Made by a program: the position numbers and the translations under genes. From Carpediemonas membranifera BICM (lineage: Eukaryota; Protista; Fornicata): 64,000 nt of DNA. The DNA lies in assembly GCA_019828565.1 (NCBI GenBank), contig JAHDYR010000046.1, positions 1 through 64,000 on the forward strand, read 5' to 3'. Below, one piece after another: positions 23,601 to 34,262 of this stretch (positions are counted from its first letter, which is position 1; each line of letters opens with the position of its first letter). A model generated the notes under the pieces. It searched no databases and was not told the origin of the DNA. It worked only from the letters and a program-made list of their open reading frames with translations.

Positions 23601-25186
23601 TCCGTCCCAAGGTCATCGGGGACGGGTGTGGCGCGGCATAAACGCGGTGTCCGCGCCAGTTCCCTGAACAGGCCGTCCGGCCAGTGTTCGATGGTAAACC
23701 CTGGGAGGCGTAGAGTGCGGTCTGGGTGTGCTGTAGCGTCCACGTCGACGGGGCCCCAAGTCTCGAGAATTGTCTCCAGCACGTGGGGTGGGGTGGACAA
23801 CCCGCGTGACAGTCGGTCTGCGGCGAGATTGAGGTGGCCTGGGGTGTGTCGAGCGTGTATGAGGAGCTTCTTGCGTTCCATCTCCTTGTAGAGTATCCTG
23901 AGTGTCTGTAGCGCCATCGGGGGGGCCTTTGAGCTGCCCTCCTTGTTGATCCAGGCGACGCACGAGCTGTTGTCTGAGAAGACCGTGAGATTGCGCTCTG
24001 AGTCCTGTGCTGGTATGATGCGTGAGCCAAAGAGGACTGCGGCGAGCTCCTTCACGTTGATAGATTGTTCCGCCAGTGCGCCCTTGAAAGAACCGTGGGA
24101 GTTCGCGGACGTGTTGGTCCACTGGGCTCCCCAGCCTGTGCCCGACGCATCTGTGGAAATAATCAGCTCTAGTTGCTGGTCCTGAGACCATAGGTTCTTC
24201 AACTCGGCGAAGGAGCGGGTTGGTCGGACGGCCAGGAGCTGCAGCCACTCCTTGAGGTCTGCTGTGTAGGGGTGGATGTCGACCCAGTTCTCCGTGGCAG
24301 AGGGGAGCGTGCGGAGCTTCAGGGTAGCCCGTCTTGCAGAGGTGGCGAAGAAGGAGAGCTTGCCTACGATCTTCGCCCAGTCTTTCGCGCGGATGCGCTT
24401 CTTGACGAGTGCTTCTGATAGGGCCTCTGCGTACCTCTTGGCCTTGTCGGCGGGGAGACGGATGGTGTTGGACGTGGTGTTCAGGAGCAGGCCAAGGAAT
24501 TCTATGCACTGGCACGGTGTTAAGATGCACTTCTCCAGCGACGGGATGAGGCCCAGTGCCTCCATCGTCTTGATGATCTTGGGTATTTCCTTGCTGAGGT
24601 GGTCTCTGCTGTCGGCTGACAGTAAGAAGTCGTCGAGGTAGACGTTGACGATTACCTTGTGGCGGAGGGCGATGACCTTTGCTACCTGGACCATAGCGGA
24701 CTGGAAGAAATAAGGCGCGGCGGTCCAACCGAAGCCTAGCGTGCGGTATTGGAACGCCCGACCGTCGGGCAGAGCGATGCCCAGGAGCGGTTTGTCCGAG
24801 TCTCTGATGGCCAGCTGTGAGTAGCCGGATCTTAGGTCTATCTTGGCCATCCAGGCCTGGCTGGAGAGTGTGTTGATGGCACGACGTATGCCGAACAGAC
24901 GGAAGGAGCGGCGTTCGCGTGTGACCGTGTTCAGCCGCCTCAGGTCGTGGATCACTCTTATGTCTTCCCCCTTGGGGACAGCAAACAGCGGGGCGCTGTG
25001 CTTGAGCTGACTGAGGGGCGTCGGCTCGATGATTCCTTGTTGTGTCATTGATTCGAGCTTCGGAAGTATCCTCGGGTCGATGGTCCTCTGTGGGGCTGCC
25101 GGTGGTGGAGGCGCTGTGATCTCGACGGGTATTCCGTCTCGTACCCGCGCTACTACTGCTGGAGCTACCCTGAATTGTTCCCACAC
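23284..25186 (-). CDS. pol: RT-RNase H-MT Pol of element D (frameshift in the MT region)
   Basis: IDLRSGYSQ, YLDD, TDAS, SINVKEL, HTPGHLNLAADRLSR, WGPVDVD. Confidence 0.9.
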
Positions 25187-25215
25187 CCGCCATCGCGAAC
25201 GGGTTGATGGGAATA

Positions 25216-25797
25216 TTAGGAGCGGGCCCGGCGGCCGACGCTGCTGGAGCCCTGCTCCTGAAAATTCCGACGCTTACGCTTGCCCTTAGTCTTGGCCTTA
25301 GCGAGGATCGTCTCGATCTCCATCTCAGACTTCGGGGGCGTGGCTCGCAGGGCTGCAGTGGCGTAGTCACAGACGTTGTCGTCGTAGTCGTCCTTGAGGA
25401 GAAGGACCTTGAACCGGCTCAGGAGACGGAGCAGTAGATCGTTCACGTCGAGTGAGTGCGGGTCCGCGGTCGTCAGGAGACGCATGATCTCGCGTAGGAA
25501 CTTGGCTTCGTCGCGGGGCCCGTACCTCTTGGGGAGCTCCAAATCGAACAAGAAGGACGGAAAGCCTTGGAAGGTTCCCTGGGTTGCTTGCTCATCGGTT
25601 TCTAGCTCGTACTCTTCTTGTTCTACCTCCCTCTGGATGGATCTTTCCTCGATGTTCTCCATCTTCGTTTTCATGAACTCCAATATGGCAGTTACGTTGT
25701 TGGTAAACTTTCGGAACTCTTCCTGGGATACAGGAGGTTCTGCGGACGTGCCCGATGTGCCTTCGGGCATTCGAAATTCTGATGCCATAAACTGCAC
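25216..25797 (-). CDS. gag: Gag-like ORF1 of element D
   Basis: Upstream of pol; ELPKR..EAKFLR..LLLKDD matches element E ELPTKR..EAKWLR..LDLKDD. Confidence 0.75.
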   Translation of the reverse strand: MQFMASEFRMPEGTSGTSAEPPVSQEEFRKFTNNVTAILEFMKTKMENIEERSIQREVEQEEYELETDEQATQGTFQGFPSFLFDLELPKRYGPRDEAKFLREIMRLLTTADPHSLDVNDLLLRLLSRFKVLLLKDDYDDNVCDYATAALRATPPKSEMEIETILAKAKTKGKRKRRNFQEQGSSSVGRRARS

Positions 25798-26118
25798 GTT
25801 TCCGTGCGCCCTCTCGGGCGTCTCAGCACCCCGGGTGCCAATGGGCTCGAGTGGTGCTCGATGGCGCTCTCGCGGCTTACTGCGTTAAACGGCGTAAAGG
25901 AACACGGTTTGCGTTCACTTTCAGCAGCAGCGCGCATCTGAGCACCAAGGCTCGATTTTGCGCAATTTCACGCATCCACTCGCACAAAACGTACCAAAAC
26001 TCCTTGAAAGGAGCTACTTCTCCGCAAAAGACAACGAAAGTAACCAAAGTGAGATCAAAACAGCGAAATGTTGTGGTATTCCCGTTCTTACTCACTCACA
26101 ATGTCCTGCCCAGCAGCA

Positions 26119-26177
26119 CATGCTGTTTTTTCTGGTACTTTAACCGGGACTTAAAGTCCCGGAATAAGTCCCGGAAT
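26119..26177 (+). repeat. Left TIR
   Basis: CATGCTG...CCGGGACTTAAAGTCCCGGAATAAGTCCCGGAAT. Confidence 0.92.
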
Positions 26178-27136
26178 ACATGAAAAAAGGACGATTGCAA
26201 GAAAAAATGAACGCGCTCAAACAATTAAACTACAGCGTATTACGCCTTGCACTTGCACAAGGCATCGTTTAGACATCCGTACAACATGCTGAAGACCTTC
26301 ACTCGCGAAGTCAGTGGCATCGCACAAACTCTCGTCGAAAAACTGTCTCATGGTTCATCTAGGGTCGGGATAGACTGCCGTGCCTCCCCCACTGGTCCAG
26401 TATGCCGAGATAAAATTTCCTGGGTGCGTAAAGATGCGACTTTTGGGAATTGCTCCCAAAGAAGTTTGCTTTTGCTCGCCAACAAAGAAGGCCGAAAGCA
26501 AGTGAGAACATCTGTGTCACATAACAACCTTTGTTCTGCATCAAATAGCAGCAAGATTGCATACGGCATCGAGTATTCTCGAGAAAACACTCAAAACTTT
26601 GCCTGGCAAACGAAAAACGATCCTAAAAGCTAATTTACCTCCAATGTCTCCAAAAAGTGAGCCGCATGATGTGTATTTCTATGATCTTTGTCTTTCACCT
26701 TCAGTTCTTCTTCAAATCATCCATACGCGGCATATCAAGCATTCTCGTCGTTTGGTCAATTCTGGCAAATCAACAAAAGGTATCCATCGGCTCAGAAGAG
26801 GCTGTGGTGGTAGCCTCGGTCCCGCTTACACCCCCGTGCGTGCCTTGTGATGAAGAAAACTTGTGATATGGCCGGAATGCACTTTATGACAAACGAATGA
26901 AGCGGGCCGAGTTTATCGCCGAAATCAAGCAAATGCGCGTTAAGCTGAGTCACTTGACTGAAATTGATGACTATTACGCCATTGCCGACGACGTTACTAA
27001 GAATTACCTGACAGTTGCCTCAAATTTCTTACTGAAAGCTGTTCTTCGCTCGCAATAGACGTAATTGACTGTAGATTGGTGAAGATAGTGTAAACATAAA
27101 GAACCCTTTATATACATACTCCGATTATCCATCTAT

Positions 27137-29701
27137 CTATCTTCTCGGGCGAAGATTGTGCCCAGTCCTCCTCATCAGCTCCTCCGCTCGCTGCTCACTG
27201 TTGCACAGATTGCAGATGCAGAGAGTCTCATCCAGACCACTGTCCGCCGTCCTTACACAAATCGTCTTGGCTGTCTCGTCAACAGTGATGAGTTCCCGGA
27301 TCTCCTCCGGCTCCTCACAGATACCCTTGACCCATCCACTAAACAGCGCATTCAGCGACTGTTGGCTCGCCTCCCTATCCCAGTTGGGTACCTTAGTTAA
27401 TAGACGATTTCTCCAGGCGGCACACCGGTCGGCATCAAATAGACACGAGCAGAATGTGACAGACTTACACTGCCTTGCAATCGGCAACACCATACCATGC
27501 TTTCTCGATGAGCCACGGCGGGTGTAGTGAGCAAGGACACGACCGACCATTGTCTTCTGAGCCAGGAAGCCGAGAACCCAAGATCGATGCTTGTCCACTC
27601 GCAACTGGGCATTGATGAGGAAATCACGTTCGAAGTACTCCTCAAGCAAATAGAACATCGGAAGCCGCAGTTTCGAGTGAACCTTGGGCAGAACTGACAC
27701 CACTGCATTCAGATATAGCGAGCCGGTAAACTTGGGAGAGTAAGTCAGTCTGAGACCATCATTGAGCGTCGTAGCAACCGAGGAGCGACTCGATGGAAGG
27801 TCATAGAACAACGTCAAGACATGGAACATGATGAACGTAGAAAAGGACGCCGCGTGATGGAAAGCGATTGTCTGGTGTGTCACGTGGTCAGAGGAGTAAT
27901 ACAACGCCTGTAACTTGGCTGTAAGGAGTATGAAGGGCTGGAGTGACTGGTCAAACTCCTCAAGGTGCTCGTTGACTAGTGTCGCGAGCTTTCGTCTGTT
28001 CCAGCTCTGCTCGTTGCAGCCAGTTGTCCGCGTGAACAGCTTTTCAATCTGCTCAAGTGTGTGCACGTTCTGACCAGCGTGTTGAACCTTGACAAGGCCA
28101 AGCAGCGTCCAGAAGTCCTTCATAAGATAGTGACTCACATGCATGACAGGTGGAATGAACGTGACATCAGCGTACTTTGTGAGCACGTGAAGTGGGCCAT
28201 CTATCTCGTTGGCATAGGTCAGACAGCAGACATCTCGGTGACCATCGCGGGACCCAAACCGTGTCATGTCTTTCACGCCACCAGCGTCACGAAGACGGAT
28301 GCTATCTGCGATTGTCCAGCGATCGCAACGATTGGCAAACGGGTCGCTTGCGACCTTTCCCATGTGTAGGGAGGAGAATGGAGAGCGGTAGTATCGTCCC
28401 CGCTTGACGCCACTAACAATCTGCAACGCTTTGTGATCGCCGCAGATCCCGAGCAGGCTGATGACAACACGACTGCGTGGGAGCAACGAACTGTCACCAC
28501 ATGCGAAGGGGATACCAATGAGCTTGTTCATTAGCCGCTGTACATCATCAAAGAACGAAGGAATGAGCTTCTCTGTGCCCTGAAATGTAAGAAGCGTCAT
28601 GGGTGGGGTAATCTTCTGTGGTAGGGCTGCTCCCTCGCGATCAATTATGCGATATTTGACCGCCGTACAGTCGGCCCGATATCCATCAAACCATAGGAGC
28701 ATCTCAAGACCATAAGCCTCCTGTCGGCTCTCCGGGTTAATAGTGACGGATTGAACGAACTTGCTTGACTTGATATCGCGCTGAACTCGGTCGGGGAACT
28801 TCAGCATGAACTTAATCTGGGCGACAGGGTCATAGGACAGAGCGCTGATCACCATCCGGTGAGATTTATTTGTTCCACGCGGAATGATGCCCATGTTCCG
28901 GCATAATCTCTGAATCTCCGGCAGCTTGGATGGATCATCATGCGAAATGTATAGCCGTGACTCCCCCGATATCTTCTCGAAGTGGTGAGCGAAGAGGCAG
29001 TCGTGTTCATCGAGAGTCTCTTGCAGGTCGGTGTGGGTGGTTGGGTCATATAGGACGTAAAAAGCCTCCGCGACTTCCACGCTACGCGTGAAACCGGCTC
29101 CTGCTTGACATTGAAGCTCTTGGTTAGACACCCCATCACGCCCAGAGACATCGGGCTGCTCAGGAGTGAACGCGTTGACGTCCTCGATCAGTGTTGGGTC
29201 TGATATAACAGATCGTATGGCTGGGATGGACAGCAGGTCATACCCAAGATTCTGGAGACTGTCTACCACCGGTGGAGTGTGAATTCCAAGGCGAACTCCC
29301 ATGTCGGAGGCCATTGAAACAAATGCATGGCGGAGTCGGTCGTAGCGATTCTTCCCTAACTCGACGGCACAGATAATTGCCATGGCCGTGTATAGGCTCT
29401 TCGTCTTCGCCTCGTTGTCGACTCGCGTAACAGTCACATGAGCAGTGCTGTGATTCCTCATCAATGCGCTCCAATCAGCATTAACGACTGCACTACGTAA
29501 CGTAGCATCACTATGTGTCACCCTCAGTGGACATGACGTCAGGAAATCTCGGAGAATGCGCAAGCACTGCTCCTTGCTGTCTAAACGAAACGATTTGTCG
29601 CGGTTTCGGAGCAGAAACTCGTCTAAGACAGCGGTGATGATAGATCCAAGAGAACTGTCCGCCCCATAGGTGATGACGACTTCCCAGTTCTCGAAACGCA
29701 T
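27137..29701 (-). CDS. DDE transposase, CMC (Chapaev/EnSpm-like), 854 aa, uninterrupted
   Basis: WFDG (D1), ICGDHKA (D2), IPPVMH..LMKDF, LEEYFERDF (E); these resemble recalled Chapaev-type motifs ICGDLK / LPPLH..LMKNF / EE.GERF. Confidence 0.75.
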   Translation of the reverse strand: MRFENWEVVITYGADSSLGSIITAVLDEFLLRNRDKSFRLDSKEQCLRILRDFLTSCPLRVTHSDATLRSAVVNADWSALMRNHSTAHVTVTRVDNEAKTKSLYTAMAIICAVELGKNRYDRLRHAFVSMASDMGVRLGIHTPPVVDSLQNLGYDLLSIPAIRSVISDPTLIEDVNAFTPEQPDVSGRDGVSNQELQCQAGAGFTRSVEVAEAFYVLYDPTTHTDLQETLDEHDCLFAHHFEKISGESRLYISHDDPSKLPEIQRLCRNMGIIPRGTNKSHRMVISALSYDPVAQIKFMLKFPDRVQRDIKSSKFVQSVTINPESRQEAYGLEMLLWFDGYRADCTAVKYRIIDREGAALPQKITPPMTLLTFQGTEKLIPSFFDDVQRLMNKLIGIPFACGDSSLLPRSRVVISLLGICGDHKALQIVSGVKRGRYYRSPFSSLHMGKVASDPFANRCDRWTIADSIRLRDAGGVKDMTRFGSRDGHRDVCCLTYANEIDGPLHVLTKYADVTFIPPVMHVSHYLMKDFWTLLGLVKVQHAGQNVHTLEQIEKLFTRTTGCNEQSWNRRKLATLVNEHLEEFDQSLQPFILLTAKLQALYYSSDHVTHQTIAFHHAASFSTFIMFHVLTLFYDLPSSRSSVATTLNDGLRLTYSPKFTGSLYLNAVVSVLPKVHSKLRLPMFYLLEEYFERDFLINAQLRVDKHRSWVLGFLAQKTMVGRVLAHYTRRGSSRKHGMVLPIARQCKSVTFCSCLFDADRCAAWRNRLLTKVPNWDREASQQSLNALFSGWVKGICEEPEEIRELITVDETAKTICVRTADSGLDETLCICNLCNSEQRAEELMRRTGHNLRPRR

Positions 29702-29832
29702 TGCTTCAATAGCAATAGGACAAATTTACAAAGTAAATACACAAATGTGCTGATGTAGGGCATGGTGGCGGATCTGGCGCTGGTGGCGGACGTGGAGACA
29801 CTGGGGGTGCTCCACAACCACGTCCACTGCAA

Positions 29833-30444
29833 GGGTGACTCATGTAGAGTCGCCCGAAAAGCAGAAGCATGCGGACAACACAATAGAGGATGATTCAGAG
29901 ATCGAGACAAGTGGTAAGAGGGTGAGGACTGAGTAAATGGATTGCAAATGAGTCTTTTTAATGTCTCACCACCTGTTTGGGCCTCAGCGCTGTCGTTCAG
30001 GCCAATCCACGTTTGTGGATCCGTGCATTTTATGGCTTATCGACCGGACATCTCCTGAACTGAGCGCCAGGGGGCGGAGGTGGCGTTGGCGTGGGGCGTG
30101 GAGGCGCTGGGGGCGGGGGTGGCGTTGATATTGGGCAATTACATAAAGTGCACGGTGCTTGGAATTTCATTCCAACCTCAAAATGGCGGGAAAGCATTAT
30201 TGGAAGGAACTAGTGGCAGCTATGCGGTTCTTTATACTGCAAAAGCAACCAGCTGTCGTCAAAAGCGCGCCATCTACCATCAATAACCAACATCTGCGTT
30301 GCACTCCACTGTTCTCGGTCGTTAATGCACAAAATCACTAAACAACATCAAAAGGACTGTTCATACGTTATTAAACATTGCTTGCTACTTCTGTTTCATC
30401 TTATTGTCGTTTACAGCTGTGTTGTCCTCAACAAATGCCAAGAC
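29833..30444 (+). repeat. Inter-cargo spacer R1 (includes a copy of the 3' end of the 37516 gene)
   Basis: Near-identical to the reverse complements of R2-R4. Confidence 0.92.
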
Positions 30445-30534
30445 GGAGGCAACGCTGTCCGGGCCATCTGTGTCCATGACACTCACGCCTGTTCTCATTT
30501 CACAGATGAAAGACAGCCGAACACATCAAACCAT

Positions 30535-31160
30535 TTACTTCCTCCCCTTCCTTGTCTTCGGCACACTCTCTTCACCAGTGCCATCTGACAGAAGCTCCGC
30601 CACGAGATACACCGTGGCATGATTACCCGTAATGACAATGACCTTCTCGTGGCCCGTCTCCCTGATGGCATCACTGAGTTGAGTCAGACTTCTGAAATCC
30701 TGAGGGTAGACCCTTCCGTTGTCGTAAACAGTCGCTGAGTTGACTATGCGACCATCTTCCTCTTCTCTGCGCTGCAGGACCATGACCTTCTCCTTCTCGA
30801 GATGCGTCCAAGCCGAGATAGCAGTGCCTGTCAGCCAGCCCTGGCCGTTGAACAGCTCGGAAGGGTCCCACCATGTGCCCCTGACCTGGCCCTCGGCCTT
30901 TTTGGCCATGGATTCCTCGGCGTGTTCTCTCAGATGATTTTTTTGAAATGTTTGATTCGATTCTTACCCAGTACTTGGCCGTGCTTAATGTCGTTGAGCG
31001 AATGAGCGATGCAGGCTCCGTCACGGTGAATCTCCTTGGCAGGGCAGGTCAGGATCCTGTCGATCGCGGTTTGTACGTCGAAGACCAGCTCAGGCTCATG
31101 CTCGTTGTCACTGATCGACACGACTGACATATTGTCGTCATCTTCCGGCCCACGCACCAC
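30535..31160 (-). CDS. Second OTU-like cysteine protease domain (frameshift at a T-run near 30940)
   Basis: HRDGACIAHSL ... ITGNHATVY. Confidence 0.6.
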
Positions 31161-31295
31161 CGTGTCAGGCTCCTCCTCGTCTGCCTACTTACCCTTCTTC
31201 TCCTCTGTCTCCACCTCCTTGTCCTCCTTCTTCTCCGTCTCAGCCTTCTCCTAAACGTACACAGTCGAACGCACTACAAAGGCATATCCAAATCT

Positions 31296-32945
31296 TTATT
31301 CAATCTCAACGACCTCGCACTTCTTCTGGTACAGCGTGGCGTGAGCCGGATCGCCTTCGATGACAATAGCGAAATTATCTGTCAACCCCCACAAGTCTGC
31401 ATCGGGTGCAAGCATGGTGGTGCCATCAAACAGGTATAAGATGGCGGAGATGCCTTGCATGCCGTTGTATCCGTCGTATGACTGGACAACAAGGATGTTC
31501 CGCTTCTGCTTCCTTGCCCAGACTCGGATGGCGTTCGAGTTATAGTAGCCGGAGTCCGGATCTGTCAGGCTACGCTCCGTGACATTCTTCTTAGACCAGT
31601 ACTTGGCCTTCACTGACTGGCAGAGGCCACGCTGCCACTTTTCGAAGTCGCCATCAACTCGGCCACCCAACTCAATGGCTTGGAGACAATATGCAACGCA
31701 GTTGCCGTCACTCTTGACATGAATCGCGGTACAGTTAGTCGTGAGAGCCTCCACGTTGATGCACGTCTGCACCGCGGCCTCAGAGGTGATGCGAGTCTGA
31801 GTCTCCGGCTCAGTCTGGATGCAGGCGTCGCATGTGTTCACCGTCTCCTCTTCTGCCTCACCCCTCTTCTCCTTCGCCTCCTCCTGCTCCTCCTCTGTCT
31901 CCTCCTCTGAGTCCTCAGGCCTGGCCTTCTCGGGCGTGATGAAGAGGGCCTTGCGCTTCACAGACATGGAGGCCTCGGGCTCGTTCGTAGCGCGTCGGGG
32001 GCAGGAAGTCCTGGAGAGCGTGCCAGACTGTGGCGGCATGGGGCTGGCGGCGAACGAAACATCGCAGGAAGCAAGGTACCCAACGTCATGCTCATGATGG
32101 ATACGCCTGCACTCAAGAAAATGGTCTCTTCTCTCGTCAGTCACCTGCTTCTTCAGCCGCTCGACCTGCTCCTTGAGAGATTGGATCTCCGTCTTCTGAG
32201 CAGAGATCAGACTGGCTGTCACGCGACGTACGACTCGAGCTTCAGCAGGGAGTCTCGTGGTCAACGTCTTCTCGCCAGTAAGCGCCTGAGTATCGATCTG
32301 GTCGGCCCAGAGATAGCGCTGAAGCACGTGGTCGGCGTGATCCTCGCCGGGACAGGGGGCGTTATCCCTGCGGGCCCGCACACGACGAGTACCGCAGATC
32401 TCATCGTACACTCGCTCCCATACCACGTCATACTTGGACTCGCGCGTGTATTCCATCTCCTTTTCCAACTCCTTTCGGTCTTCCTCATCGGCCAGCTTCA
32501 TCATCTGAACCCGAGTACAATCCCTGATGTCCTCGTCCTCCTCCTTCGCGAGTTCACACTCAAGCCTAGCGTTTGTCTTCATTCTAGCCTCACGAATGCT
32601 CTTCTTCACCCGAATACGCGCGCTCTCCACCTCGCCGTCGTACAGGTGCGTGAAGGTATCCCCGCCGAGGACCTGCTTCAGTGTTTTCTTGTGTTCCCCT
32701 GTGACCCTTTCACCCTCATTCAATTTCATCGTCGCCATAAACTGCGCCTTAAGGTCCTTCTTCATATCTTCCGTCTCCTGGCGCGTGAGGCGGAAGAACG
32801 TGGCAATACGCTTGAGATTAACACCTGTGTAAACAATTTCGCTCAGTAACGTACGTTCCTTGATCACAGTAGCGAGTAAATCGCGCCTAGGCAGCAAAAA
32901 GCGCGCGAAGGACGTCGCATTTGCCTTTAGCGCTTGCAGCTGCAT
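31296..32945 (-). CDS. Coiled-coil protein with C-terminal OTU-like deubiquitinase domain
   Basis: KSDGNCVAYCL ... GDPAHATLY; homolog at 62883-63935. Confidence 0.72.
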   Translation of the reverse strand: MQLQALKANATSFARFLLPRRDLLATVIKERTLLSEIVYTGVNLKRIATFFRLTRQETEDMKKDLKAQFMATMKLNEGERVTGEHKKTLKQVLGGDTFTHLYDGEVESARIRVKKSIREARMKTNARLECELAKEEDEDIRDCTRVQMMKLADEEDRKELEKEMEYTRESKYDVVWERVYDEICGTRRVRARRDNAPCPGEDHADHVLQRYLWADQIDTQALTGEKTLTTRLPAEARVVRRVTASLISAQKTEIQSLKEQVERLKKQVTDERRDHFLECRRIHHEHDVGYLASCDVSFAASPMPPQSGTLSRTSCPRRATNEPEASMSVKRKALFITPEKARPEDSEEETEEEQEEAKEKRGEAEEETVNTCDACIQTEPETQTRITSEAAVQTCINVEALTTNCTAIHVKSDGNCVAYCLQAIELGGRVDGDFEKWQRGLCQSVKAKYWSKKNVTERSLTDPDSGYYNSNAIRVWARKQKRNILVVQSYDGYNGMQGISAILYLFDGTTMLAPDADLWGLTDNFAIVIEGDPAHATLYQKKCEVVEIE

Positions 32946-33910
32946 TGATCTTGGTCATTAGCTCCTTCTTATCGAACTCAGTGGCTTCTTCCAGCCAAGT
33001 GAACAAGTCTAGCATCGTATATCGCCAAGAGACGTTAAATGGTTACTAAAAGTTTATGTATATCGCCTGCGGCTTGTAAGCACTCACACCGTGACTACCA
33101 CCAGCCGTCATCACACCCCTAGCCCTACCCACACGTCCATTCTCGCCGATGCTGATTAAATCGTCCGGCCAGCGAGCCGGGGCCTTTCGCAAATTTAATA
33201 TGGCCAAGAGACGTTATCTGCGGCTAAAACGAGCCCCATATAACCCCCTATGAAGTTATACGGAGAAATCATCGCCGATTTTCACGTTTCGGCGAGCTCC
33301 GGCCAAGGGGTCCAGGAGTCAGCTTTTGGGGGAAGGTCTGTGGTGCTATAACGTACCTCGGGACGTACTGTGGAGGCCCCTAGAGTACTCGGTCATGGCA
33401 TGTCAGACCAAGGGTCCCTCAAATCTGGCCCCATTCAGGATGCACCCCCTAAATGTTCCGTTGCAAGCGTCTGACGGAGGTTCTCTGGATACCGACCAAG
33501 ATGGAGGTCACGTGGATCAACGGACGATAATTGCGGTATTCTGGCCATGCCTGGTACTCTCAAATCATCTATACTGCTCTGTGGTTCATTTATTGTTCAT
33601 ATCGTATGGTCCTGATGGACTTATGATGATTGATGTTGTTTAGGGATTATTGTTGCTTTAGTGATGCTCTGCGCCCGCCAACTGATGTTTCTTAGTGTTG
33701 TGTACATGCCTACTACGTTAAAGCCGCCAGTATTCTTTCTATTCTTAAGTTCGCCATTTCAATCTCGTTGCGAGCATAAAGTGCGCGAATGCGCGGGTCA
33801 GTTCCCCCGTTTTCAGCGAAGCTGATGCGACAAAACAGAGGCAAGCGAATCCTTACACCTCAGGCGTTGCCAAGAGGCCGTTGTCTGCCAGGATCTATAA
33901 GCAGTGATGA

Positions 33911-34240
33911 GATATACGGATTTCAGACTTTCTGCCTGCACGACCTCAAATGTTGACTCCCCTCGGCACCGAAAAGGCACCTATATCCATGAATACCCTC
34001 TACAGTGATGTATCCACCCGATAAATGGATTTCAAATTTGTCGGGTCTCATGATAAATGGATTTCAGACTTTCGTACTGTTGGCCATCTGAGAATTTATG
34101 AACGACCTCTAGAATATTTTGAAATGCAAGAACGTGCCTATGGCACTCTTTTGTACCCCTGAACACGGTTTGACCACTGTTTTGGGCATTTGGAGAGATT
34201 CGAATTTTTGTGCATGACGAAAGTCTGAAATCCGTATATC
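33911..34240. repeat. 330-bp segment bounded by perfect 22-bp inverted repeats
   Basis: GATATACGGATTTCAGACTTTC at 33911-33932, reverse complement at 34219-34240; partial internal copies at 34020 and 34052. Confidence 0.8.
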
Positions 34241-34262
34241 GAGGGAAGGAAGCCCGCAGGAG

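Larger units (their letters stand above)
22075..25860 (-). mobile_element. Complete PAT-like YR retrotransposon D with split direct repeats A1-ORFs-B1-A2-B2
   Basis: A repeats 25750-25860 and 22151-22261; B repeats 22261-22301 and 22077-22117; TCG at both ends and at the internal A/B junction; gag, RT/RH/MT, YR. Confidence 0.93.

Noticed and set aside
30159-30341. Repeated ORF MEFHSNLKMAGKHYW.. (also at 36967, 41993, 44393)
   Set aside because: It is a translation of the spacer with a different end in each copy and no recognisable domain; not called as a gene
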